From: Squalus acanthias
Taxonomy: Eukaryota
Direction: 5' to 3'
DNA: 64,000 nucleotides
Assembly (NCBI GenBank): GCA_030390025.1
Contig: CM059432.1
Location: 20,648,001 to 20,712,000 of the forward strand
Shown here: piece after piece, positions 11,361 through 23,114 of the stretch
Numbering within the stretch: position 1 is the first letter of the stretch
Layout of the letters: every line of letters begins with the position of its first letter
The notes under the pieces: generated by a model
Databases searched by the model: none
Seen by the model: the letters and a program-made list of their open reading frames with translations, nothing else
What the model was told of the DNA's origin: nothing
Made by a program: the position numbers and the translations under genes

Positions 11361-13774
11361 GAAAGAAATTACGACGAAGACCATCTTAAAAAGGAACAGA
11401 ATAATGGGAAAGAGGGAGGGACACACACACACATAGAAAGAAATAGAACGACCTGTAGAGTGTTTTAATTAGACAACGGACGATGATTAGATGGTAAAAG
11501 TGCTCTAAAGCGTCGTGATAAATGTTTTTGATAAAGTAGACGTGGATTAAGCTTGCAATATATACAGCATTTAAATCTTTTTGCAGTGTGTTGTAATCAT
11601 ATTTTATAGTCTTCTGAAAATGATTATAGTCTCAGTTTGACTTGTTGAGTGCTCCAGTAAGGGACCATCTAATTGCCATTGTTTTCACAGTACTCTGCGG
11701 GAAAGGGGGATGGGTCCATGTGCGCTGCTATATATCTACAAAAAAGTCACATTTTCTTCCTTTTTCGCTGTTTGCCTTGGGATGCATTGAACGAATGCTT
11801 TTGGATTCTTATAAGAAGGATAGCAATGGCGAATGGCTCACTTTTTCCACAGCTTAGATGTGATTTTGTAGCATGTATGCTTGGTGCTGTTACTTGTCAA
11901 CATAAGACATGATGATTTATAGCATGTACAGAACAATAGTGAATTAGGAATGTATTAGGAGTCTCACTGCAACACATTTTGGGTGGGTGACAATATCATA
12001 AACTACCAAAGTAAAATTGGCTGGCTTGTATTGACATCGAGCTGTCTACTTTCCCTTAGTATAAAAAAGTTTTACTATTTTCTTATATTATGTTCTTATT
12101 TGGCTTGTATCTTTGTCGGTCATCTTTGGTTGCTAGGCATGTCACCAAACTATTCAATATCTTTCACATATGGTAGGCATTTAGTAAATAAATGGTGAGG
12201 TTCACAGCATTTATCTAGTGGGCGCATAAAGCGATGGTTTACAGTCGGTACTGTGCAACTGACAGTCGACTTCTGGTGCAAGGTGTCATCTCAAAACACC
12301 GGAGATTGGTTCCAATGGAAAAAGGCAAATGGTCATTGCAGCTGCACCAGACCATCCCCAGATCTTAATGGCTGAGGTAATTCACAATTATTGGGAGCTT
12401 TAAACAAAGTATGTCACTGTCAGGTGACTGTTCTACAATATGTGGATCGTCTAATAGAGAGGGCACCATGAATGATGTGTACCAGAATGAATGTGTGACA
12501 TATAACAAGGTGCTTGTTTTGGAATAGATCCTTTATAAATGATGGATATCACAAAGTGTTACTGTGAGGGCATGTGTCATACAGAAGGTATAATTAGGTA
12601 TCCAGGAACAACATATAAGTGGCAGCAGTGAGCGCTGCATCATGGAGTGAATGTATTTGAGAGATTTTCCATGCTTTTTGATAATCCTGCAGATTATCAA
12701 CTCGAGACTGATGTAAAAACAGGACTATATGGCAGGGGAGGGGGAAGGGAGATCATGAAATAAAACACTCATGTTGATGAGTGAGATAATTCATATGCCA
12801 ATTATATAGTATAATAGCTCTCCAGATTGTATTATAATGCTCTTTTGTTCTCAGAACTACAAAAACTGAACTATACAGAAAGTAATGTTAAAAAGTGTAT
12901 GAGCCTCATAGACAGGCAAGTAGTGCAATGCATTAATCTGTCAACACTCTGCAGTGGAGCACTCGGACTCAGACTGATGAGGCATGATTCTCCCTCTTAT
13001 CAGGACCACTGTGTGTGTGTGTGTGTGTGTGTGGGTGGGGGGGGGGGGGGAGGAGAAGTGGGTGGTGGGGGGGGGGGAGGTGCCTCAGTTGTGCACCCCC
13101 TTAATCAGGAATTACTGTGTGGAGAAGCATTGGTGTGAAGCCAGTGAGACAGAGAAGATCAGAGGGGTTGAGCTCACTCTCGGGTACCCTCATGCATTTG
13201 CAGAACACGGTGACTTGAATCCTTTTCAGATTATAGGAAGGTAATTTGTGGAATTCCCCCAGTTAGGGTTGAATAATGCACATTGCAATTATATGTCGGA
13301 GCTTTCACTCAGTTACTCTTGCAGGGAAATATTTCAGTTTCCTCCTTTGACCTTTTCGGAAAATTAAATAACTTGGGATAAGTCCATCAATTGTGAATTA
13401 AATGCTATTGATTGGAAGGAGCGGCCTCAATTGGCTGAATGGATTTTCTTGTTCCATACTTAAGTTTACGTAAGTGATTTGATGTGCAATTTTAAATAAA
13501 AATCCTGAGGATGGGGGGGGGGGTGGTGGAGAGGGGGGGTGCAGTCAGTGGAAACACTTGAGTGGATCACAGCAATAGCAAATCATTTGCTGCAACAAAT
13601 CAGCTGCCCTAAGTATGTTCTAGTGGCCAGTGACAGATGCTAAGGCCTGTGATCTAGTCACCTGGCCACTCAGTTAACCATGTTATATGATGCTTAAAAG
13701 GCTACCGAAGAGCAGCGGAAAAATAGCACAAAAGGAGGGGTTTTGGGGAAAGGCTCCAGTATATTTATGTTATA

Positions 13775-13869
13775 AAAACAGAAAATGCTGGAAATACTCA
13801 GCAGGTCAGGCAGCATCTGTGGAGAGAGAAACAGAGTTAACGTTTCAGGTCGATGACCCTTTGTCAGAA
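13775..13869 (-). mobile_element. Penelope-type terminal repeat with hammerhead-like motif (G8 mutated)
   Basis: Minus strand reads CTGACAA-AGGGTCATCGACCT-GAAA-CGT-T-AACT. Confidence 0.65.
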
Positions 13870-14164
13870 TATATACAGAATAAAGTATATTTATGTTGTT
13901 GATCTATACAGAATGAAAGCTTACTGAATTTTATTTTACCTAAGATTTTAGTTCAGAATTGGAAACATGCAGTGCAAGGCTTGCTTTGGAAAGAGCAATG
14001 ATTCTCCTTATTTATAGATCTCGTAAAAATGATCAATGTCATGCAAATTTAATGTATAGCGATTACCTAACTGCTGACTCTGAGTTACGGTGGCCCTTTC
14101 CTGAACATAGAAGCTTCATAACTCATGAGTGTTTTTTTTGGACATTAAGGGATATGGGGATAGG

Positions 14165-14275
14165 GCGGGAAAGTGGAAGTGAGGTAAAAGATCAGCGGTG
14201 ATCTTAGTGAATGGTGAGCAGGCTCGAGGGGCCGTGTGGCCCATTCCTACTCCTAATTCTTATGTTCTTATGTTG
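14165..14275 (+). mobile_element. CR1 3' tail
   Basis: 3' stem-loop region followed by (ttcttatg)n. Confidence 0.75.
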
Positions 14276-14379
14276 CAGAAATGGGTGAGTTGTGAGGATC
14301 TTTGACAGGAGTGAGATAACGCCTCCAATTCACTGGCACTGTTTTGTTTTTATCAGTGGGATTTGTAACTTATTTCGGA

Positions 14380-14616
14380 GCTGCCTCCCCAAGCTCTGGA
14401 ATTCCTTCCCTAAACCTCGCCACCTCTCTCTCTCCTCCTTTAAATTGCGCCTTTAAAACCTACCTCTTTGACCAAGCTTTTGATCACCTGTCCTAATAGC
14501 TCCTTCTTTGGTTAGGTGTCAAATTTTGTCTGATAAGGCTCCTGTGAAGCACCTTGGGACATTTTACTATGTTAAAGGTGCTATATAAATGCAGTTAAAT
14601 AAAGTTGTTGTTGTTG
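14380..14616 (+). mobile_element. L2-like LINE 3' end
   Basis: ctctggaattcc...aaaacctacctctttgaccaagcttt...ggtgctatataaatgca...(gtt)n; reverse complement of the 55563-55780 region. Confidence 0.7.
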
Positions 14617-15409
14617 ACTTTTCTTTATTAACAGGATTCAATTGAAGCGAACTATCAGATTACTGAGCAATTGAAGCCAGGGCAATGATAGCTGACATTC
14701 AGTCAGAAAATCCCCATAAAATGAGTTTAGAATATTTGAATATTAGGTTACATATATTTATATAGCATCTATCTCATTGACAACATAAGTGATTTACATA
14801 ATTTATATTTTGGAACGACTATTGTGTTTCAAAGTGGGAGGATGAGTTGACAAAACTATACAAATAAATACACAAGATCCTAACTTTTATAAATAAGGGA
14901 ATAGAGTGCAAATCAGCTTAAGTTTCAATCAGTTTTAATGTACATATATTTTTCTTACCTACTGTATAATTTTTTTAAGTGATTTGAACTTGAGGTGTGT
15001 GGGTGTAATGTGTTTCATCATGTCAGTAATTTGGATTTGACATTGTCTTATTCTGACAATGTGCGATGTTCTAACCCCCTCCCCTGCTAGTATGTCTCAT
15101 TTTATTATTGCCATCATAATATACTGAAAAAAAGTCTTCTAAGTCCCCTCCTCCTGCATTGTTTAATGTACCATTCTTTAGCTGTCAGCTGCTCTATCCA
15201 GTGATTCCTGCTAGAATGTAAAAGTGTGTGGGTCTTGGGCAAGCACAGTATCAGGCTCTGCTCTGATGCCCTCCATGGTTGAACAGCCTACTGACTTTCA
15301 ATGTCCAGCAATGAATGACTAATTGAATGCTTGGTTCCTGTGGAACAGATGCCAGCATGAGTGAGAGTCTTCAGATGAACAGGGAATTTTAAAAAATGAA
15401 CTTCATTTT

Positions 15410-15808
15410 ATACCACTACGTGCAGTACTTACCATTGGCGTACCATGGTTGCAGTGTGTACCATCTACAAGATGCACTGCAGCAACTCACCAAGGCTTCT
15501 TCGACAGCACCTCCCAAACCCGTGACCTCTACCACATAGAAGGACAAGGGCAGCAGGCGCATGGGAACACCATCACCTCCAAGTCCCCCTCCAAGTCACA
15601 CACACCATCCTGACTTGGAAATATATCGCCGTTCCTTCATCGTCGCTGAGTCAAAATCCTGGAACTCCCCTTCTAACAGCACTGTGGGAGTACCTTCATC
15701 TTATGGACTGCAGTGGCTCACCACCACCTTCTCGAGGGCAATTAGGGATGGGCAATAAGTGCTGGCCTTGCCAGCGACGCCCATATCCCATGAACAAATA
15801 AAAAAAAG
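15410..15808 (+). mobile_element. Non-LTR retrotransposon 3' end (CR1-group family with A-rich tail)
   Basis: Encodes YRRSFIVAESKSWNS (RT C-terminus type) and ends gcccatatcccatgaacaaataaaaaaa. Other copies at 21526, 30455 and 59935. Confidence 0.75.
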
Positions 15809-16164
15809 TACTTGTGTTGATGTATGTCGGTGGCAGCATCCCATTCAGAGGTGTGTTAAAAGAATTGCCTTCAAAAATAATGTAAAATGTAATAAGGGCC
15901 TTTTGCCCAGTCAATCTAACTATTAAAAATAAACACAGCTCTGTTGGTTTTTAAGGAATGTTTAACACATCAAGATGAGGTATATTTCAGATTTCCCAGC
16001 ATCCGCAATATTTTGCTTTTGTATTGAAGTATATTAGTATTGGGAACTGAAGGACTGTCCCATTTTGGGCATCCAATGTCAACATTAAGCACAATTATAA
16101 TACAAAATCAAGACCCCTCTACTTGGCTTCAATGATATGCTTTACTCCCAACTTCAGAAGACCA

Positions 16165-17115
16165 ACAGCAACAATAGTAACAATTTGCATTCATGTAGCA
16201 CCTTTTAACATATGAAATGTCCCAAGGTGCTTCACCAATAGGTGTAAGAATAAAGTATGCTGAGCTGGAAAGGAGAGCTTAGGATGGAGTAACTAACGCT
16301 TGGTCAAAGAGATGGGTCTTGACAAGTGGCAAGACAGTGGTGTGAAATTAGGTTCAAGGTGGCTGAACGTTTTGTGCTGAAGATCAGAGTAAGAGGAATG
16401 GAGCATTCAGGAGGGGAACTGGAGGAGATTGTAGAGATTAGGTGTGGCAAGGCCCTGGAGGGATTTCTTTTTAGATGGCAGTGATTATTTTATATGATGT
16501 ATTGAGGGACCATGAACAAGTGTAGGGCAGTAAGGATAGGGATGATGGATGTGTGTTAGTGCAAGACAGGATCTGTGCAGCAGAGTTTTGGACAAGTCGA
16601 GTTTATTGAGGGAAGGAGGGCTCAGCAAGTGCAGCCTTGGAGTAGTCAAATCTCAAAGTAATGAAGGCAAGCACAAAGGTTACTGCAGTGCAGGGGCTGA
16701 GGTAGTGGCCAAGGCAGGCAGTGTTGCGGAGGTGAAGATAAGTGGTCTTGGTGATGGATAGAATGTGGGATTTAAAGCTCAACTCAGAATTGAACAGGAT
16801 GCCAAGATTACGGGCAGCCTGGTTCATCCTGAGAGAGTGGCTGGGGAGGGGGCGAGAATTAGTGGCAAGGGAGCAGAGTTTGTGGCGAGGGCTGAAGATG
16901 GCGACGAAGGCAATGGCTTTGGCCTTCCCACTTTTGAGTTGCAAGAATTTGAGACTCGTCCAAGATTTGATGTCAAACTGGCAGTGTGCCAATATGGAAG
17001 GGGGGGGGGGGGCGGTCAAAGGGTTTGAGAGAAGTAGTGGAGAGGTAGAGCTGGGTATCAACAGCATACAAGTGAAAGCTGACCTCAAGCCTGCAAATAA
17101 TTTCAAGGGGCAGTA
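16165..17115 (-). mobile_element. L2-like LINE fragment (decayed)
   Basis: ORF 16603-17157 contains FLQLKSGKAK, ARNLGILF, ITKTTYLHLRN and RFDYS, typical of the L2 RT C-terminal region. Confidence 0.75.
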
Positions 17116-18930
17116 TGTAGATAAAAAAAAAGAGAAAAGACATTGATCATTCCCCACACAGTCATCTGAGTGAGATTGTCAATTACTGCCAAATGAATGT
17201 CAGTTTTAGTGCTGTGTGTTGCAGCTATCCAGGAACTGAGTTGAAACTGTCCAATCTCATTTCACATAGAACCCTTGCTGCTACCAGAGGGGGGATAATG
17301 CTATCTCATTAGTCTGGGCTGGTTCGGAACCTAAGTTTTAGAGGTGTTTAACCCATTATATCACCCAGTCCCCAACATTATTTATTATATATCAAAGGGA
17401 TTGTGTATGCACGGCGAATGTTGTGTCATTAAAGTAAAGGAAGTCAGTGCTGAGGAATCAATCATTTTTATACTTTTGCCAACTACTCTTTGTATCAAGT
17501 GCTTGCACTGCTGTAGGATTGGTTGCCGAGGGTTTCCCTGGGGATTCTCCCGATCGGTACGGTAACTTTGGAAGATCATCGGAAACCACACAAAAACTGC
17601 AAGAAAATGTGTTTTGGCCGATCTTCCGCTGAAGTTACGGCGGCCGTTCAGGAAAAAAAAAACCGAGAACATTTCCAGTGAATGTTCCCTCTGTTCTACC
17701 TCAACAATGCGCTTTAACCTCAATGTTAGAAATGTAGCTCCTTCACCAGTGTGACATTTCCATTTCCCAGACAGCCATGCTTGACGTTTCTTTGAATGAG
17801 GCATCCAGTTAGTGCCAAATCACTGACATTTTAGCGCAGAAGGGGGCAGTTTCCATTCTGCTGGTATCAGCTTCACATCAGAGCCACCTGCTCTAATCCC
17901 ATCTCCAAGCACTCTTAAATATTTGTCTCTTGAATACATTGATCGACTCAACTTCAGTATTTAATTGGCTGTAGAATGCCCTGAAGTGGTGAAAGGCGCT
18001 ATAAAAATGCAAGTATTTCTTTTCAGTCTTCATTTTGAAAACACATTCCAAATTCTAATCATCCCTTGCATGAACAGATTTCTTCCAATCTCCACTTTAG
18101 GCTTTAATCATATTAACCTTATGCCCTCTTGTTATTGATTGGTCCGACCAGCGGAAGTCACCTCACGTTATTTATCTTCTCACACTCTTACACAATTTTG
18201 AACTTTTCTGCTCCAGTCATCAGAGTACTGTTTTTTCAAGTCTCTCAATATAACTGTATCTTCTCATTCCTAATATTATTGAAATTATAGACAGTATTTT
18301 ATCGATGCCATTGAGACCACTGATAGCAGCTTGAATCGACAGCCCCGAATTTACTTCACTTCGAACTCTTAAAACCAGCGGAGACAGGAGAGAAGACTTT
18401 AATTTCCTTCCAAATACTGTAACTCTGCCAAACAAAAGCTTGAGTTATTTGTAAGATCAACCCAGACGTGACTTTAAAGCAAGCGAGGCTAGTAGAACAA
18501 CAATTGTAAATTTGCAAAAGTGAATTCAAAACAGACACTAGAACGGATCTCTTTAAGTACAGAGTGATAAACATTTAGAATAGTCTTTCATGTACTGGGA
18601 CATTCAAAATGCAGCTGGATGCTAGGCTGGGAGAGTTAGGATACGCGAGGGATGAGGTTCAATGGGATAAATGCCCCTTTCTTTTTTTTTGTCCCTATGT
18701 TGTTGTGATACAAAGCTCCTCTCCTTCCACACGAAAAAAAGGCTTGACCCCAAAAGATGGGTATGGTAGGCTTGTAGTGCTATTGTCCTATCACTTCCAC
18801 ACCAGTGCTGAGCATTTTTGGATGTGTGCTAATCTCTGGCAGTGGACTTCTACTTGGTCATCTTTCATCACTTGGAGTTTGCACTGGGGGTTGTAGAACT
18901 CACAGTCCAGTGTTTTAAAATGTCCAATTA

Positions 18931-19097
18931 CATAAGAACATAAGACATAGGAGCAGGAGTAGGCCATTTGGCCCTTCGAGCCTGCTCCACCATTCAATAA
19001 GATCATGGCTGATCTTCTACCTCATCTCCACTTTCCTGCACTATCCCCATATCCCTTGATTCCCTTAATATTCAAAAAATCTAGCGATCTCTTTCTT
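18931..19097 (-). mobile_element. CR1 3' tail
   Basis: (cataagaa)n followed by ggagcaggagtaggccatttggcc stem-loop. Confidence 0.8.
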
Positions 19098-19589
19098 CCT
19101 GGACCTCCTGGGAACATTTTAAACGTCGTACGGAATTTTTAAATTTTAGGAGATAAGCTCCCTTCCTACTGTCTCCTAATATTTACAATTAGCTGCCTGG
19201 GGAGCTCAGCTATGTCAGTGAGATCAGTACAACATGCAGTGAGGTGTAGCCAGCAGCAGCATTCAAGTTTGCTGGCTGGCCCTCTCCCTATCTAGAAATA
19301 CTGGTTACAGACTGGTATTTGTAATATATTGGCATTCTAACACAGCAGCAAATGAGAAATATTTTGTGCAGTTAATTTAACACTTTGCAGTTCTAAGTTA
19401 CATAAGCATTTCTAAATTGGACAATGTAAGGTGAGCAGTCTGCCCCATACAGTGCAGGAGAAAACAGCAAGGGAACTGCATTCCTTTCCAGTTCAGAGGC
19501 AGCTGTAAATTGAAGAATGATTATTTTATAAAGCAGTTGCCTTGCGGGTTCTACATTTTTCATTCATACTTCTGATTTGAATGTATTGT

Positions 19590-19925
19590 TAGCTCCTGTG
19601 ATGGTCCAATGGGTAAAGACACCCTCTGGTGTAATATTGAGCCAGATAAACCAGAAGACCAGTTTCAGGCCCTGGTCTATACTGAGTTAACAGTTCTCAG
19701 CCATTGCTCCAATTGGCTTTATTTCTCCTGGACTAGCGAATGCTTCTGGCCACTAGCTAGTGTGAGTGTGAGGATGCGCAGGTGAGAATAGATTGTTCGA
19801 GCTTTTGATGTTCTGTGCAGTTGACAGGCTGCTGATGTTGCCTCGGCTGACATTTAAAGAATGATTACTTGGGCAAGGTTACTGAAAAGCTACCAGCACT
19901 CATGAAAGTAAGAGGAAAAGTGACA
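19590..19925 (+). mobile_element. Old tRNA-type SINE (AmnSINE2-like), decayed; relatives near 15190-15390, 28520-28730, 36280-36640 and 61140-61460
   Basis: Shared degenerate blocks (gagttag..atctcagc, caattggc, atggccacttgg) between these loci. Family name is from recall only. Confidence 0.4.
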
Positions 19926-21525
19926 ATATTGGAGGGAAACCCAATAAAAAATGGTGTTTAAAATAATAATTGTTTGCTCAATGACAAGTTACATTTACGC
20001 AGAGCGCCTTGTTTCTGCAGGAGGTCAAAAATTCAAGCAAGTATTAGCCTGAGTACATAACTAGGGCCACCTGACGCAAGCTACAAAGACAGCCTGGCTG
20101 TGTTCAGGAGTAGCAGAAATAAAGAATGCACAGTAGAGTAGATACCGTGTCTGTTTTGAACAGATGAGGCAACATATTGTGTGTTAGCTCTGACTGTGAA
20201 TAACATTCCCATTTACCTGAGGGCCATCGAGTTCCTTTTTCCTTATTGAGGCAGGTCTCTTTTGGAATACATTACCAGTATTGAAATACAATGTCAGATT
20301 GAGGTTTACACAGGGGGCGCGGGGAGACGGGGAGCGTTGGGAGGCTCTGAGGCAATTCATGAGCACCTGTAATCTCCAAATTGCAATTGCAGAATCCTAA
20401 TTACATTAATATCCCTAATACATTTGTTCTGTTTAAATCAGCAAGGTAGTATAATACACTGATTGCTGTGTGTTTAACTCTGTATTATGAATGATTGTAA
20501 TCTGAAATAAAACCAGACAGTGCGTGGAAAAACAAATCAATCAGTATCTGAAAGACCAAAGGTGGGCTGAATGTTTGAAAGTGACTCCTTGTCAGAACTG
20601 GTCTGCTCAAGCTCGAGAAGCTGATTTCTTGGGGATGGAACATGACCAATCAGGACATAACCAAGAAGTAGAAGAGAAAACAACAGGCAGTGGCCAAGAA
20701 TTCAAATCAACAAACAGCTCTGATGATCTATTAAAAGATTTTGAAGAGTTAGAAAGAGAGATGCAAAATACTGCGCACTGTCTAGAGGTCAGTTTAAGTG
20801 ACTGGATATATATGTGGGGATTTGAAAGACAAAGGAGCAAGACACACGTGGTTCATAAATGGAAAGGTAAACAGCAGAATATTATTGGCATCTGCTGGGA
20901 AAATATATTCTGGGTTGTTGCGCAGTTTAAAAATGCTCACACTCTACGTATCGAAGTGAAACTTCTGATCAGTGCAGTTCATGTATGAACGTTTATTGCA
21001 TTATTACTCAGTCCTGTGTGCACGATTGTTGCATAGGCATTAAATGGGTTAACATCTGTGTCAACATAGTACACACAGGAATGTAGTACAATCACATTAA
21101 ATACTTGTACATAAATGTCTCCAATCAGAAGTTCTGCTCTATAGATTTTAATATGGGTGACTCAAAGTGTATGTGCCCTATTCCACCATATCTTCAAATA
21201 AATGGGCGAAGGGACAACTATTTTCAGCGGTTTATGTGGAAGTGTCATCTCGTGACATTATGCAGGTTAGGCTTAAGATTCATGGAAGGATTGCAATTGA
21301 TATTCGTTTGGGCTCTGACTTACACTGATATCATTGCTACAGTGATTTGGAAGCAATGCCCAAGCACAATTCAATGATGTCACTCTACCTCTGGCAACTG
21401 CAACCTGTGTAATAAATTTAAACAAAGCCATGGAGCAACCCACGTTACATTCCTCCATCCATCACTTTGAGTACAGCAGAGTGCAGTCAGCAGCTTGTGT
21501 GATATTGTCATATCCAGTACACCTT

Positions 21526-21905
21526 TTTTTATATATTCGTTCCTGGGATGTGGGTGTCCCTGGCAAGGCCAGCATTTATTGTCCATCCCTAATTGCCCTT
21601 GAGAAGGTGGTGGTGAGCCGCCTTCTTGAACTGCTGCAGTCCGTGTGGTGAAGGTACTCCCACAGTGCTGTCAGGGAGGGAGTTCCAGGATTTTGACCCA
21701 GCGACGATGAAGGAATGGCGATATATTTCCAATTCAGGGAGGTGTGTAACTTGGAGGGAAACTTGCCGGTGATGGTGTTCCCATGCGCCTGCTGTCCTTG
21801 TCCTTCTAGGTGGTAGAGGTCCCGGGTTTTGGAGGTACTACCGAAGAAGCCTTGGCGAGTTGCTGCAGTGAATGTTTAAGGTGGTGGACGGGGTGCCAAT
21901 CAAGC
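21526..21905 (-). mobile_element. Non-LTR retrotransposon 3' end (same family as 15410)
   Basis: Reverse complement of 15470-15808. Confidence 0.8.
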
Positions 21906-21930
21906 TGACAGAATACACACAAAAGATTGT

Positions 21931-22378
21931 GGGGATCATTTTAACCTAACCCTTGTTATGATCTGGGATGCACTGTCTGAAAGGGTTGTGGAAGCAGATT
22001 TAATAGTAACCTACAAAAGGAAATTGGATAAATACTTGCAAAGGAAAAATTTGCAGGGCTATGAGGAAAGAGCAGGGGACTGGGACTAATGGGATAGCTC
22101 TTTCGAAGAGTTGTCGCAGGCACAATAGGCCGAATGGCCTCCTTCTGTTTAGTATGATTCTATTATTCTATGGTTCTATGAACCCGCCCGGTGGAAAGCT
22201 GACAGGATTGAGGACGGCCGCCTGTTTTGCACCCTGACCGATTTTTACACCCCACCTGAGTTTTACACACCTCCCGAGATTTGCTCTCCATTTACTTCAG
22301 TGGCGAGTAAAATCAAGCCGAGTGTAAAACAGGCAGCTGATCCAAACTCTCCCAAGGAGTTAGGTTAAAATCACCACC
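21931..22378. mobile_element. Harbinger-like MITE interrupted by a CR1 3' fragment (21953-22180, +)
   Basis: 20-bp TIRs GGGGATCATTTTAACCTAAC / GTTAGGTTAAAATCACCACC with 3-bp TSD TGT. The nested CR1 piece is flanked by AACCC (21948-21952 and 22181-22185). Confidence 0.75.
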
Positions 22379-23114
22379 TGTGTTTCAGGTAAGTTTGTTG
22401 CTTCTGATGCTTACAGGCGGGAAATGCTTAGGGAAACAGTTTCCTGAATTAGACATGAATTGGGTTGTGCTGCCTTAAAATAGGTTTACTAATTAATAAA
22501 TTGCAAGAAAAAAAGCTGATCCGTTCAGAACTTGGCTCACAGAGCCTGGTAACTGGGGAATTGTGTAGTATTTATTGTTTGTGTAACATTTGAAATAGCT
22601 AGGGAGGAGTGCTTCTTTAATCGTAAGATCCCTGGATGCATACATAATAGTTGCTCATTAAACTTACTTTATCCGTTACTAATGAAAGAAACACATTCTG
22701 TAACATTTGCAAGATGACATTTTTTCTCTGACCCAGATTTATGCAACAGATTTCCATTATGTACTTTGATTGGTCTCTGCTTTTTCCATTAGAGCTAACA
22801 ATTGATGTAAATTTTAATGTGTCTATGTGGCCAATGGTACTTGTTCTAGATTGAGGGTTGTTCTCATTAGGTCAGTGAACATAAGAACATAAGAACATAA
22901 GAAATAGGAGCAGGAGTAGGCCAATCGGCCCCTCGAGCCTGCTCCACCATTCAATAAGATCATGGCTGATCTGATCCTAACCGCCAATCTACTATCACAG
23001 AACCATCTCCTGAACCTAACAGAATTGGACACACAAAATAGGAGCAGGATCAGGCTACACGGCCCCTGGGCCTGCTACGCTACCCACAGGGCCATGACCG
23101 ATCCGAACCTAGAC

